Position numbers and translations under genes: made by a program
The notes under the pieces: generated by a model
Databases searched by the model: none
What the model was told of the DNA's origin: nothing
What the model saw: the letters and a program-made list of their open reading frames with translations, nothing else
Shown here: one piece after another, positions 10,266-22,170 of the stretch
Position numbering within the stretch: position 1 is the first letter of the stretch
How the letters are laid out: every line of letters begins with the position of its first letter
Source of the DNA: Anaeromyxobacteraceae bacterium
GTDB taxonomy: Bacteria; Myxococcota; Myxococcia; Myxococcales; Anaeromyxobacteraceae
NCBI GenBank assembly: GCA_047602405.1
Contig: JASGHJ010000001.1
Location: forward strand, 1,152,001-1,216,000
Direction: 5' to 3'
Length of the DNA: 64,000 bases

Positions 10266-11077
10266 GCGCCGTGCCGACCCTGCCGCCTCCCGAGAAACCG
10301 AGCGAGCCCGAGAACGAGGTGAAGCTCAGCTTCTTCGACCACCTCGGCGAGCTGCGCAAGCGCCTCACCCAGTGCCTCATCGGCGTCGCGATCGGCATGC
10401 TCGTCGTCGGTGTCTTCACGAGCGAGATCTTCGACTGGCTGATGGTGCCGGTGCTGCAGGCGCTGCCGGAGGGCGCGAAGAAGCTCAACTACACCGATCC
10501 CATCGAGCCCTTCATGATCTACCTGAAGGTCGCGATGTACGGCGGCATCTTCGTCTCGGTGCCGTGGATCCTCTACCAGCTCTGGCTGTTCGTCGCGCCC
10601 GGCCTCTACAAGAAGGAGCGCGGCATCGTCGTGCCCTTCATCGTGTCCGGCACGATCCTCTTCTACGCGGGCGCCGCGTTCTGCCGCTGGCTCGTGATGC
10701 CGCCCGCGTTCCCGGCCATCCTGGCCATCGCGAACTCGCAGACCCTCACCCCGATGCTGACGATGAGCGCGACGCTCTCGCTCGTGCTCGCCATGCTGCT
10801 CGGGTTCGGGATCGTCTTCGAGGTGCCGGTCGTCATCGCGTTCCTCGCGATGATCGGCCTCGTCGAGGCGAAGACGCTCGCGAAGTACCGCCGCTTCGCG
10901 ATCGTCGTGAACGTCGCGGCCGCCGCGATCATCACGCCGACCGGCGACCCCATCAACCTCGCCATGATGGCGGTGCCGATGATCTTCTTCTACGAGATCG
11001 GCATCGTCCTCGCGCGCATCCTCGGGAAGAGGCGCAAGGAAGACCAGGCGAAGGCGCTCGCGAAGCTGGCGCAGTAG
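10262..11077 (+). CDS. tatC: Twin-arginine translocase subunit TatC
   Basis: DHLGELRKRL, YQLWLFVAPGLY, FEVP, ITPTGD motifs. Confidence 0.95.
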   Translation: MSAVPTLPPPEKPSEPENEVKLSFFDHLGELRKRLTQCLIGVAIGMLVVGVFTSEIFDWLMVPVLQALPEGAKKLNYTDPIEPFMIYLKVAMYGGIFVSVPWILYQLWLFVAPGLYKKERGIVVPFIVSGTILFYAGAAFCRWLVMPPAFPAILAIANSQTLTPMLTMSATLSLVLAMLLGFGIVFEVPVVIAFLAMIGLVEAKTLAKYRRFAIVVNVAAAAIITPTGDPINLAMMAVPMIFFYEIGIVLARILGKRRKEDQAKALAKLAQ

Positions 11078-11160
11078 CCGGGCGCCTCCGCGCAGCCCTC
11101 GAGAGGCTCCGGCCCCCGATTCCGACCCCCGGCGTCCCGTTCCGGGCGTAGCATCCGCGC

Positions 11161-11352
11161 GTGCTGGCGCTCCAGGCCGTCCTCGCCCTCTACGCCGTCG
11201 TGATGATCTGGCGTTACCTCCCGGCCGCACTCCGGGGGGTGAAGGGCGAGCGGGGCCCCCGCACCTACGTCGCCCTCTTCATCGTCGCCATGGCCGTGGC
11301 CATCCTGGTCGTGGCCGTGAAAGACCTCGCCCGGAGCCTTATCTCCAGGTAG
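11161..11352 (+). CDS. Small two-TM membrane protein
   Basis: 63-aa hydrophobic ORF lying in line between tatC and the thiolase gene. Confidence 0.55.
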   Translation: MLALQAVLALYAVVMIWRYLPAALRGVKGERGPRTYVALFIVAMAVAILVVAVKDLARSLISR

Positions 11353-11372
11353 CGCACCCCAGGAGGCACACC

Positions 11373-12569
<1,197 letters not shown>

Positions 12570-13316
12570 ATGGCGCGACGGGGCGGCGGAGAGTTCGAGC
12601 GGCTGTTCTCGTTCGGCGGGCGCGTGGCGCCGGGGGCGGGCTTCCTGCTCGCGGCGCTGGTCGTGCTGTTCCTCGCCGACAACCTCATGGGCGGCGCGGC
12701 GAGCGCCTGGCTCGCGCTCTCGCCGCCGCTCGTGGTCGAGGGCGGCCAGCTCTGGCGGCTCGCCACCTGGACGCTGCTCGAGCGCCAGCCGATCAACCTC
12801 CTCTTCGCCGGCCTGTGGATCTGGCAGACCGGCGGCCAGCTCGCCTGGGGCTGGGGCACCGGCCGGTTCCTGGGCGTCTGGTTCGGCATGACCATCGGGG
12901 CGGGCTTCCTCCAGACGCTCGCGGGCTTGTTCCTCGGCGGTTCGTTCGCCGCCGCGCAGGCCAGCCCCTGGCCGATCCTCGTGGCGCTCCTCCTCATGTG
13001 GGCGATGGCGCACCGGGGCGCGCAGATGAGCTGGTTCGGCGTGCTGCCGATGACCTCCGAGACGCTCGCGTGGGTCATCCTAGGCGGCACCGTGCTCTTC
13101 GCGATCGCCTCGCCCGCGCGCGGCACGTTCGTCACCAACTTCGCCGCGCTCGCCATCGCCTACGCGCTCGCCGGCCCCGGCCTGCCGTTCCAGCGCTGGT
13201 GGTACCGGATGCGCGCGGAGCTGCACGTGCGCGACTCGAAGCGCCGCGCCGCGCGCTCGAACCTCAAGGTCGTCGGCAAGAACGGCCCGAACGACCCGCC
13301 GAGGTGGATGAACTGA
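12570..13316 (+). CDS. Rhomboid-like/DUF1751-like multi-pass membrane protein
   Basis: GQLWRLATW motif and several TM segments; no clear catalytic GxS/H. Confidence 0.65.
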   Translation: MARRGGGEFERLFSFGGRVAPGAGFLLAALVVLFLADNLMGGAASAWLALSPPLVVEGGQLWRLATWTLLERQPINLLFAGLWIWQTGGQLAWGWGTGRFLGVWFGMTIGAGFLQTLAGLFLGGSFAAAQASPWPILVALLLMWAMAHRGAQMSWFGVLPMTSETLAWVILGGTVLFAIASPARGTFVTNFAALAIAYALAGPGLPFQRWWYRMRAELHVRDSKRRAARSNLKVVGKNGPNDPPRWMN

Positions 13317-13317
13317 G

Positions 13318-14130
13318 TCAGGGTGCGCGCTCTGGGAGCCGCTCCGCGGCGAGGGTGAGCACCTCGGGCAGCCAGATCGACTCGTACCGGTCGGACGCCG
13401 CGCGCTCGATGCGGGCGGCCACCGCCGCGTCGAGGCGCTCGTCGGGCACGCCCTTCACGAGCGGCAGCAGGAGGGTGAGGTCCTCGGTGCCGCTCGGGTC
13501 CTCCGCGTAGGACCGCGCGAGCGCCGCGCGCTGCGCGCCGGTCAAGCGCGAGGCGAGCGCGGGTTCGCCGCGCTTCGCGCCCCATGCGCGCCACCGTTCG
13601 GGGGCGAGGTCCTCGAGCCCGTGGCAGCGGGTCGCGGCATGGCTCGCCGCCTCCAGGGCCCATGTGAGCCGTTCCGCCTCGGTGACCCGGCCACGCTGCT
13701 GCAGCGCGAGTGCCTTCCGCGCGAGGGTACGGAACTGGCGGAGCCCCTCGACGTCCGCGTAGACGAGGCCGTAGGCGAAGCCGTAGGGGTACCAGCGAGG
13801 CGGGCCCTCGTCGGCGCGGCGGAAGAAGCCCCATCGCGCGTCCCGGGACAGGAACGCGAGCACGAGCCGCCCGGGCTCGAACCTCCCGGGCGCCGGGCAG
13901 ATGACCCGCTCATCGCTGTAGACCTCGAGGACCTCGGGCGCCCGGCCCTTCCACGTCTCGAGCACGCGCAGCCGCTCGTTTGACTCGACGTATCCGACCA
14001 CGACGAGCGGCGCGCGCTCGAGCTGGCCCCACAGCGGTTGAGGTGGGATGGGCTCCCCGGAGGCTGGCGCGGGGAGCGTCAGCGCGAGGAGCGTGGCAGC
14101 GACCAGGGAGGTGTTCTCGCTCCATCCCAT
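13318..14130 (-). CDS. Hypothetical secreted protein
   Basis: Signal-like N-terminus; 270-aa ORF. Confidence 0.6.
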   Translation of the reverse strand: MGWSENTSLVAATLLALTLPAPASGEPIPPQPLWGQLERAPLVVVGYVESNERLRVLETWKGRAPEVLEVYSDERVICPAPGRFEPGRLVLAFLSRDARWGFFRRADEGPPRWYPYGFAYGLVYADVEGLRQFRTLARKALALQQRGRVTEAERLTWALEAASHAATRCHGLEDLAPERWRAWGAKRGEPALASRLTGAQRAALARSYAEDPSGTEDLTLLLPLVKGVPDERLDAAVAARIERAASDRYESIWLPEVLTLAAERLPERAP

Positions 14131-14282
14131 GCCGCGAGGTTAGCGACCGCGTTCGTGCTTGTGACACACGATGCAGCCCTCGGGCCGCGGCGTGCAGGGA
14201 ACGGGCGCTCCTCGTCTCCGCCGCCCGCTTCGCCGCGGCTACGCCAGGGGCGTACGGCTTCCAGGGCCAGGAACCCGGCGCT

Positions 14283-17144
14283 CTACCCCACCGCCACCTG
14301 CTTCACCGCCGCCCGGTAGATCCAGATGCGGCCGGTGTTGGTGCGGTTGTCGGCGGGGATCATGAAGAAGCCGATCCCGCCCTCCTGGTAGTCCGGGCTG
14401 AAGCCGGCGACCTGACGGCCGTCCTTGAACGTCACGCGGACGCGCTTGCCCTCGGGGGCGGGCGACGACTCGCCGGGCGCGAGCATGAAGAAGATGGCCT
14501 TCACGCGATCGGCGCCGAGCACCTCGGGCTCCGCGCTGGGCGACGGCGCGAGGCCGAGCACGGGCGAGGCGAGGTCGGCGTCGGTGAGGACGCCGCGCTT
14601 CACGAGCCCCTCGAGCGTGTGCACGACCACGCGGTGCACGCCGGGGACGTACGCCGCGGTCTGCTGCGGCTCCTCGACGTCGAGCTCGTCGATGGGGAGC
14701 GCGACGTCCTCCGGCTCCGGGGCGGGCGCGGCCGGGGGCGGCGAGGCGGGCGGCGCGACCGCGGCCATGGGCTGCGGGGTCAGCATCGGCGGCGGCCGGC
14801 GGGCGGGGGCCGGCGGCGCGGCGGGCGGAGGAGGTGCCGGGTCGGGCAGCGGGGCCGCAGGGCGCGCGGACACCGCGGCGGCCGCGACCGCAGCGGGCGA
14901 CGGCGAGGGCGGGAAGGGCTCGGCGATCGCGGACGGGAAGTCGAGGTCGGGCGCGGCCTCGCCGGCCGCCTCCGGCGCCTGCACGATCTCCTCGAGGACC
15001 TCCTCCTGGACGGGGGTCTCCTCGACCTCCACGGGCCCGAGGTCGACGGTCTCGATCGGCTCGACGAACTCGTCGGCCTCGAGCTCGGGGATCTCGTCGA
15101 TCGACGGCACCGGTTCCGGCGGGAGCGAGGCGGTCGGGGCGATGGGCGCCGGCGTCGGGGCCGGACGCGAGATCGTCCGAGGGGCAGGAGCGGGGGCCGG
15201 CGCAGGCGCGGGAAGGGCCGCCGCGCGGAGACCCGGCGGCGGGCCCGCCGGGGCGCGCGGCGCGGCGGGCGGCGGGGGGGATGTGGGGGGCGCCGGCGGC
15301 TCCGGCTCGCGCCCGAGGTCGAGGCTGTCGAGCGCGCCGAGCTCCGGCTCGGCCTCCGGCTGCGGTGCCGTCGCCGGTGTCGCGCCGGGCCCGCCGAGCG
15401 CGAGCGGCGGCGCGGAGATCGCGAAGAAGTCGTCGGCGACGTCGCCGGTGAGGTCCGGCGCGGAGCGGTCGAGCTCGACCGGCGCGCCGAGGTCGCGCTC
15501 CGGCTCGGGGTCGGTGAGCTCGGCGCGCTGCTCCCAGGGCTGATCCGCCTCGGGCGCGGCGCCGGCCCACTCGGGCGAGCGCGCGTCAGCGGCGGCGTCG
15601 AACGAGCCGCCCGACGCGAGCGCGAAGCCCTGGTCGAGCGCGGCGTCGGGCTGCCAGCTCGGCGCCTCGGCGTGGGCCGCCTCGTCGCCGAGGTGCGCGA
15701 CCTGCGGCGCCTCGTACCCGGTGACGCCGAAGCCGGCGTTGTCGTCGTACTCGCCCGGCACCGCCTCGAAGCCCTCGGGGAGCTGCGCGGGGTCGATCGC
15801 GGACGCGGCCGCCGCGTCGAACGGGAGCGAGCCGTCCTCGGGCGCCTGCGCGGCGAACGCCGTGGGCCCCGCGCCGTCGTACTCGCCGAGCGCGACCTCT
15901 CCCTGCGGCGGCTCGACGGGCGCGCCGCTCGGATCCCAGGCGTCCGGGAACGCAACCCCGGTCGCGTCGGCCTCGGGCACGAGCGCGTAGGGATCGTCGG
16001 CCTGGGCGGGGCCGGGCTCGCCGGGGTACCCGACGCCGTCGTGCGGCGACGCTGCCGGGGCGCTGGCCGCCCAGTCGCCCTGGGCGCCGTCGGCGTCGGT
16101 CGCCATCGAGAAGGCGGGGTCCCCCTCGACGAGGGTCGCCTCGGGGAGGTGAGCCTCCTCCTCGGCGGGCACCGTCGACGCGGGCACGTAGTCGGCGTCG
16201 TACTCCGCCGGCGCCGCCTCGACGGCCGGGACGGCCTCGAACGCCGCGACGGCCTCGACCGCCTCGACCGCCTCCACGCCCGGGACCTCGGCCGGCGCGG
16301 CCTCGGCGCCCGCGAGCGAGGCGGGGTCCCACGCCGCGTCGGCGGGCGCGGCCGCGTACGGGTCGGCGTAAGCCTGCGCGTTCGGATCCCAGCCCGCCTG
16401 CGCGGCGGTGTTCGGGTCGTAGGGCTGTGCGTTCGGATCCCAGGCCGCGTTCGGATCGTACGGCGGCTGCGCGGCGTTCGGGTCCCAGGCGGCGTTCGGA
16501 TCCCAGCCGGCCTGTGCGGCGGCGTTCGGGTCGTAAGGCTGCGCGTTCGGGTCCCAGGCCGCGTTCGGATCGTACGGCGGCTGCGCGGCGTTCGGATCCC
16601 ACGCGGCGTTCGGGTCCGCGTACGCCTGCGTGTTCGGATCCCAGGCCTGGTTCGGATCGTAGGCGGGCTGCTCGCCCGCGGCGGCGGCCTGCAGGTCGGC
16701 GGCGTACGCCGGCTGCTCCTCGCCGCCGAGCGACGACGGATCGAAGAGCGCGTCGGCCGGCGCGGCCGGCGTCTCGAGCGGCGCGAAGGGCTGTTCGGCC
16801 CACGCCGCCTCGAGCGCCTGCGCCTCGGGCGCGGGCGCGGGCTGCGCGAAGGAGCCGGGCGCGGACGAGAAGAACGCCTCCTCCGCCGGCGCGAGCTGCT
16901 CCGGGGTGACGGGCTCGGGCGGCGGCGGCGGGCGGTTGCGCAGGCCGGCGGGGAGCAGCGACTCGCGCAGCTTCGCCGCGGCCGCGGTCACGTCGAAGCC
17001 GCCCCGGGGCGCGCCGGCCCCCTCGGGCCCGACGAGCGACTTCAGCTCCGCGTGCCGCTGCCCCTCGGCCGAGGTGAGGCCCTGCGCGAGCCGCTTCTGC
17101 TCGAGGGCCCGATACTCCTTCAACACGCTGCGCTGGTCGGACAT
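14283..17144 (-). CDS. Large acidic Pro/Ala-rich protein with (W/Y)DPN repeats and a compact C-terminal domain (DUF6982-like, from recall)
   Basis: 953 aa with a disordered centre; C-terminus VVVHTLEG...RVRVTFKDGR...GFFMIPAD. Confidence 0.8.
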   Translation of the reverse strand: MSDQRSVLKEYRALEQKRLAQGLTSAEGQRHAELKSLVGPEGAGAPRGGFDVTAAAAKLRESLLPAGLRNRPPPPPEPVTPEQLAPAEEAFFSSAPGSFAQPAPAPEAQALEAAWAEQPFAPLETPAAPADALFDPSSLGGEEQPAYAADLQAAAAGEQPAYDPNQAWDPNTQAYADPNAAWDPNAAQPPYDPNAAWDPNAQPYDPNAAAQAGWDPNAAWDPNAAQPPYDPNAAWDPNAQPYDPNTAAQAGWDPNAQAYADPYAAAPADAAWDPASLAGAEAAPAEVPGVEAVEAVEAVAAFEAVPAVEAAPAEYDADYVPASTVPAEEEAHLPEATLVEGDPAFSMATDADGAQGDWAASAPAASPHDGVGYPGEPGPAQADDPYALVPEADATGVAFPDAWDPSGAPVEPPQGEVALGEYDGAGPTAFAAQAPEDGSLPFDAAAASAIDPAQLPEGFEAVPGEYDDNAGFGVTGYEAPQVAHLGDEAAHAEAPSWQPDAALDQGFALASGGSFDAAADARSPEWAGAAPEADQPWEQRAELTDPEPERDLGAPVELDRSAPDLTGDVADDFFAISAPPLALGGPGATPATAPQPEAEPELGALDSLDLGREPEPPAPPTSPPPPAAPRAPAGPPPGLRAAALPAPAPAPAPAPRTISRPAPTPAPIAPTASLPPEPVPSIDEIPELEADEFVEPIETVDLGPVEVEETPVQEEVLEEIVQAPEAAGEAAPDLDFPSAIAEPFPPSPSPAAVAAAAVSARPAAPLPDPAPPPPAAPPAPARRPPPMLTPQPMAAVAPPASPPPAAPAPEPEDVALPIDELDVEEPQQTAAYVPGVHRVVVHTLEGLVKRGVLTDADLASPVLGLAPSPSAEPEVLGADRVKAIFFMLAPGESSPAPEGKRVRVTFKDGRQVAGFSPDYQEGGIGFFMIPADNRTNTGRIWIYRAAVKQVAVG
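16325..16665 (-). repeat. Coding tandem repeats, (W/Y/A)DPN x13, including a 114-bp duplication
   Basis: GCGTTCGGATCGTACGGCGGCTGCGCGGCGTTCGG recurs at 16447 and 16561. Confidence 0.9.
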
Positions 17145-17309
17145 GGGAGTCGGGTTCGGGCGTCCCTCGACTCCGGCCTGCCTACGGCAGGCCTACGCTC
17201 GGGATGAGCGGGTCTTGGGGTGAGCGGCCAATGATAGCCCGGCCCAAGCCCGCAGGAAAACGGGAGGCCGGCTTGCGCGGGACGCTCAACGCGGGCATGT
17301 AGGCAGCGC

Positions 17310-19242
17310 GTGAAGCGAGCACTCCCGGTCGTCGGCAACCGCCCGAAAGCACCGCTCCCGGCGAGGGAGCGATTCCTCCCGATCTCGCGCGATGACATGG
17401 CCGCGCGCGGCTGGGACGCGCTCGACGTGCTGATCGTGACCGGAGACGCCTACGTCGACCACCCGAGCTTCGGCGGCGCGGTCATCGCCCGGGTGCTCGA
17501 GGCGCGCGGGCTCAAGGTCGGCGTCGTCGCGCAGCCGGACTGGCGCTCGCCCGCCGACGTGCTGCGGATGGGGAAGCCGCGCCTGTTCGTCGGGATCACC
17601 TCGGGCGCGATGGACTCGATGGTGAACCACTACACCGCGCACAAGCGCAAGCGCTCCGACGACGCCTACACGCCCGGCGGCGAGGCGGGCAGGCGCCCGG
17701 ACCGCGCGACCTCGGTGTACGCGCGCCTCTGCCGGGAGGCGTTCGGGCCCACCACGCCGATCGTCCTCGGCGGCATCGAGGCGTCGCTCCGGCGCATCTC
17801 GCACTACGACTACTGGGACGACCGGGTGCTCCCGTCGGTGCTCGTCCCGTCGGGCGCCGACCTCCTCGTCTACGGGCAGGGCGAGAAGCCCATCGTCGAG
17901 ATCGCCCGGCGCCTCGCCGCCGGCGAGGACGTCTCGGGCCTCACCGACGTGCCCGGCACCGCGGTGCTCCTGCCCGACCTCGCCATCGCCGACCTCGCCT
18001 CGCGTCCGCGCGGCACGCTCGAGCTGCCGGGCCACGAGGACGTCGCGCGCGACAAGAAGGTGTTCGCGGAGTTCAGCCGCCTCTACCACCTCGAGCACAA
18101 CGGCGACAACGCGCGGATCCTCGTCCAGCAGGTCGGGAAGGGCGCGAACAGGCGCTACGTCGTCGTGAACGAGCCGATGGCGGCACCCTCGACCGAGGAG
18201 CTCGACCGCATCGCCGAGCTGCCCTACGTGCGCGACCCGCACCCGGTCTACGGCGGCGCGCACATCCCGGCGATGGAGCAGATCAAGTGGTCGATCCAGA
18301 ATCCTCCGCGGCTGCGCGGCGGGCTGCTCGTTCTGCTGCATCACCGAGCACCAGGGGCGCGACGTCTCCTCGCGCTCCGAGGCGAGCGTGCTCCGCGAGC
18401 TCGAGACCCTCGCCGCGCGCCCGGACTTCAAGGGCACCATCACCGACGTCGGCGGCGCGACCGCCAACATGTGGCAGATGGGCTGCGGGAGCCCGGAGGC
18501 GCACGCCGTCTGCCGCCGCGCCTCGTGCGTCTACCCGACCGTCTGCAAGTTCTTCACGACCGACCACGGCCCGCTCATCGACCTCTACGAGAAGGCGCGC
18601 GCGGTGAAGGGCGTGAAGCACCTCTTCGTCGGCTCCGGCGTCCGCTACGACGTCGCGCAGGCCGATGAGAAGAACGGCGGGCGGTACCTGAAGGAGCTCG
18701 TGGCGCACCACGTCTCGGGCCAGCTCAAGGTCGCGCCCGAGCACGTGTGCGAGCCCGTGCTCGCCGTCATGAAGAAGCCGAAGGTCGACTCCTTCGAGCG
18801 CTTCCGGAAGGACTTCGCCCGCTACACGAAGGAGGCGGGAAAGGAGCAGTACCTCGTCCCGTACTTCATCTCGTCGCACCCGGGCTCCTCGCTCGAGGAG
18901 GCGGCGCAGCTCATGGAGTACCTGCAGCGCAACAACTGGCGGCCGCAGCAGGTGCAGGACTTCATGCCGACGCCGATGACGCTCGCGTCCGACATGTTCT
19001 GGTCCGGCTACCACCCGATGACCGGCAAGCCCGTGCACGTCACGCGCGACATGCACGAGAAGAAGCTGCAGAAGGCGCTGCTGCGCTGGGGTGATCCCGC
19101 GAACAAGCCGCTCGTCGAGGAGGCGCTGCGGCGCACCGGGCGGCTCAAGCCCGGCCAGCGGCTCGGGCCGGGCATGCGCCCGCCCGGCCAGGGTCCGCGG
19201 CGCGGACGGCCCCTCCGTAAAGCGCCCACCCGCCGGCCCTGA
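17310..19242 (+). CDS. ygiQ: YgiQ-family radical SAM protein, split by a 1-nt insertion at ~18300 (probable sequencing artefact)
   Basis: GDAYVDHPSFG, GGIEASLRR. Removing one A from GAATC (18299-18303) restores QILRGCAAGCSFC (CxxxCxxC) and joins the two ORFs. Confidence 0.9.
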
Positions 19243-19358
19243 GCCTCACCCGGGGGTGAGCCCGGCCCCGGCGACCGGATGACCGAAAAGCCCCTGGAAA
19301 CGGGCCCCTGGCGCGTGTCCGGCACCGGCCCGCCGCGTGCTCAGGTGGGTGCTCCGAG

Positions 19359-19850
19359 GTGGCCTTGGAGCTCACGGTCGACGAACGGTTTCCCGAGTGC
19401 CTGATCGGCCACGCCGGTCCGCTCGCGGTGTGCGTGTGGCGCGGCGCGCCCACGCTGCCGGCGCTCGAGGCCTTCGGGCGCTGCGAGGAGCAGCTCCTCG
19501 AGGCGCACCCCCGCATCAGCTCGCTCGTGGTCGTGCGCGAGCACAAGGGCCGCGCCGCCCGCCCCGACCCGGTGGTCGAGGCGCTGGAGGTGAGGCTCGC
19601 CGACGTCCTCTCGCCACGCACGGTCGGCGCCGCGTTCGTGGTCGAGGCCCGCGGCCTCGCCGGCGCCATCGCGCACGGCGCCCGCGCGAAGCTCATCCCG
19701 CACCTCTCGGCGCCGAACGAGGCCTTCCCGCGCGTCGCCGACGCCCTGCAGTGGCTCGCGCGCCTGCCGGGCCAGCATCCGGAGCTGTACGCCGCCCCCG
19801 AGCTCGCCTGCGACCTCGAGCTGCTCGGCCGGGGCGACCGCGACGCCTGA
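19359..19850 (+). CDS. Hypothetical protein (STAS/SEC14-like fold possible)
   Basis: 163-aa ORF with GC3-rich codons. Confidence 0.55.
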   Translation: MALELTVDERFPECLIGHAGPLAVCVWRGAPTLPALEAFGRCEEQLLEAHPRISSLVVVREHKGRAARPDPVVEALEVRLADVLSPRTVGAAFVVEARGLAGAIAHGARAKLIPHLSAPNEAFPRVADALQWLARLPGQHPELYAAPELACDLELLGRGDRDA

Positions 19851-19930
19851 AAAGGGCGTGCCGGACACGAAGCCGTCTCCCAGGACAGGATGAGGCAGGG
19901 CGGGCCGGCGCTCGCCCGAGGGAGACGCGC

Positions 19931-21340
19931 GTGCACGGAACCGGACCGGAGGAACTTCGAGCCCTGCTGGCCCGCGCGGCCGAGCTCGCCGGCGGCTGGC
20001 TGGGCTCCCTCGATCAGCGCGGCGTCGGATCGACCGCGCCGCTCCAGGTGCTGCGCGAGGCGCTCGGCGGAGCGCTGCCGGAGGGCCCGGCCGAGCCGCG
20101 CGAGGTGCTCGAGCGGCTCGCGGCCGCGGCGGAGCCGGGGCTCGTGGCGTCGCCGGGCGGGCGCTTCTTCGGGTTCGTGGTCGGCGCGAGCCTGCCCGCC
20201 GCGGTCGCGGCCGACTGGCTGACCACCGCGTGGGATCAGAACGCGGGCCTCGCCGTGCTCGCGCCGGCTGCGAGCGTGGTCGAGGAGGTCGCGCACCGCT
20301 GGCTCGCGGAGCTGCTCGGGCTGCCGGCCGGGACCTCCTTCGCCGCCACCACCGGCTGCCAGATGGCGCACTTCACCTGCCTCGCGGCGGCGCGGCACGA
20401 GCTCCTCCGGCGCGCGGGCTGGGACGTGAACCGCGACGGCCTAGAGGGCGCGCCCCGGCTGCGCGTCGTCGCCGGGGAGCGGCGCCACGTGACCATCGAC
20501 CGGGCGCTGCGGTTCCTGGGGCTCGGGCAGGCCGCGCTCCGCGCCGTGCCGTGCGACGGGCAGGGGCGCATGGTCCCCGCCGCGCTCGCGGCCGCGCTCG
20601 GCGCGGAGGAGCGCGTCGCCACCATCGTCTGTGCGCAGGCCGGCGAGGTGAACACCGGCGCCTTCGACGACCTCGACGCCGTCGCCCGGCTCTCGGCCGC
20701 GGCCGGCGCCTGGCTCCACGTCGACGGCGCCTTCGGCCTCTGGGCGGCCGCGAGCCCGGCGCGCCGCGGGCTCCTCGCGGGCGTCGAGCGCGCCGACTCC
20801 TGGGCCACCGACGCGCACAAGTGGCTGAACGTGCCCTACGACTGCGGCCTCGCGTTCACCGCCCACCCCGCCGCGCACCGCGCCGCGATGGGCGTGACCG
20901 CCGCCTACCTCGAGCCCACCTCGCCCGACGCCGGCCGCGACCCCGTGGACTGGACGCCCGAGTTCTCGCGCCGCGCCCGCGGCTTCACGCTCTGGGCGGC
21001 CCTGCGCGCGCTCGGCCGGCGCGGCGTCGCCGGCCTCGTCGACCGCTGCTGCGCGCACGCCGAGCGCTTCGCCGCCGCGCTCGCGGCCGAGCCCGGCTGC
21101 GCGATCCTGAACGACGTCGTGCTCGACCAGGTGCTGGTCCGCTTCGGCGACGACGACGCGGCGACGCGCGAGGTGGTCCGCCGCGTCCAGGCGAGCGGCG
21201 AGGCCTGGATGTCCGGCACCACGGTCGACGGCGAGGCCGCGATGCGGATCTCGGTCGTGAGCTGGCGCACCACCGAGGCCGACGTCGACCGCGCCGTGGA
21301 GGCGATCCGGGCCGCCTGGCGGGCGGTGCGGACGAGGTGA
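19931..21340 (+). CDS. PLP-dependent group II (aromatic/glutamate) amino-acid decarboxylase
   Basis: WLHVDGAFG, DSWATDAHKWLNVPYDCG (PLP lysine), PEFSRRARG. Confidence 0.92.
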   Translation: MHGTGPEELRALLARAAELAGGWLGSLDQRGVGSTAPLQVLREALGGALPEGPAEPREVLERLAAAAEPGLVASPGGRFFGFVVGASLPAAVAADWLTTAWDQNAGLAVLAPAASVVEEVAHRWLAELLGLPAGTSFAATTGCQMAHFTCLAAARHELLRRAGWDVNRDGLEGAPRLRVVAGERRHVTIDRALRFLGLGQAALRAVPCDGQGRMVPAALAAALGAEERVATIVCAQAGEVNTGAFDDLDAVARLSAAAGAWLHVDGAFGLWAAASPARRGLLAGVERADSWATDAHKWLNVPYDCGLAFTAHPAAHRAAMGVTAAYLEPTSPDAGRDPVDWTPEFSRRARGFTLWAALRALGRRGVAGLVDRCCAHAERFAAALAAEPGCAILNDVVLDQVLVRFGDDDAATREVVRRVQASGEAWMSGTTVDGEAAMRISVVSWRTTEADVDRAVEAIRAAWRAVRTR

Positions 21341-21348
21341 GGCCGTCG

Positions 21349-22152
21349 ATGAGCCCGCGCCGCGTCGAGGTCCAGGGAGCCTCCATCGCCGTCGAGGTCG
21401 CCGGGAGCGGCGATCCGGTCCTGCTCCTGCACGGCTTCCCGGCCACGGGCAGGCTCTGGTCCGGCGTCACCCCGGCGCTGGCCGCTGCGGGCTTCACGGC
21501 CGTCGTGCCCGACCTCGTCGGCTACGGCGCCTCGAGCGCGCCCGAGGGCCTCCGCATCGACATGGCGAGCCAGGCGACGTGGCTGCTCGGCCTCCTCGAC
21601 GCGCTCGGTTTCGACCGCGCCGCCGTCGTCGCGCACGACGTGGGGACCGCCGCCGCGCAGCTGCTCGTGACCCGGGCCGCTCCGCGCGTGCGCGGCCTCG
21701 TGCTGATGGACGGCGTCCTCGGCGCGAACTGGGCGATGGAGGCGATCACCGGCATCCAGGCGTGGGATCCCGCGGACGCGCACCGGCTCCCGCCCGTCCT
21801 GCTCAGGCGGCTCGGCAAGACCGCGGTCATGCGGGAGGTGCTCTCGGCCTACCGGGGCGCGGAGGGCGGGCTCCAGCTCATCCGCGCCGCGCGCGACCTC
21901 GAGCCGGCCCAGACCGCGGACCTCCACGACGTGCTGCGCTCCTGCGGCGTCCCCGCGCTGGTGCTCTGGGGCGAGCGCGACGCGTACTTCCCGGTCGAGC
22001 GCGTGGCCCGCCCGCTCGCGCAGCTCCTGTCCGCGCCGCTGCGGCTCGTCCCGGGAGCGCACTTCAGCCCGGCCGACTGCCCGGCCGAGGTGGCGGCGGC
22101 CCTCGTCGAGTTCCTGCGCGGCCTCCCGCGCGAGCCGGGCCAGGCGCCCTGA
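21349..22152 (+). CDS. Alpha/beta hydrolase (epoxide hydrolase/dehalogenase-like)
   Basis: LLHGFP, PDLVGYG, AHDVG (Asp nucleophile), LWGERD, GAHF. Confidence 0.9.
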   Translation: MSPRRVEVQGASIAVEVAGSGDPVLLLHGFPATGRLWSGVTPALAAAGFTAVVPDLVGYGASSAPEGLRIDMASQATWLLGLLDALGFDRAAVVAHDVGTAAAQLLVTRAAPRVRGLVLMDGVLGANWAMEAITGIQAWDPADAHRLPPVLLRRLGKTAVMREVLSAYRGAEGGLQLIRAARDLEPAQTADLHDVLRSCGVPALVLWGERDAYFPVERVARPLAQLLSAPLRLVPGAHFSPADCPAEVAAALVEFLRGLPREPGQAP

Positions 22153-22170
22153 GCGGGCGGCGCTTCCTGC

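Noticed and set aside
16325..16665. Regularly spaced GTTCGGATC repeats as a CRISPR array
   Set aside because: Repeats are in-frame coding units with synonymous variation and repeated 'spacers'; no cas genes.
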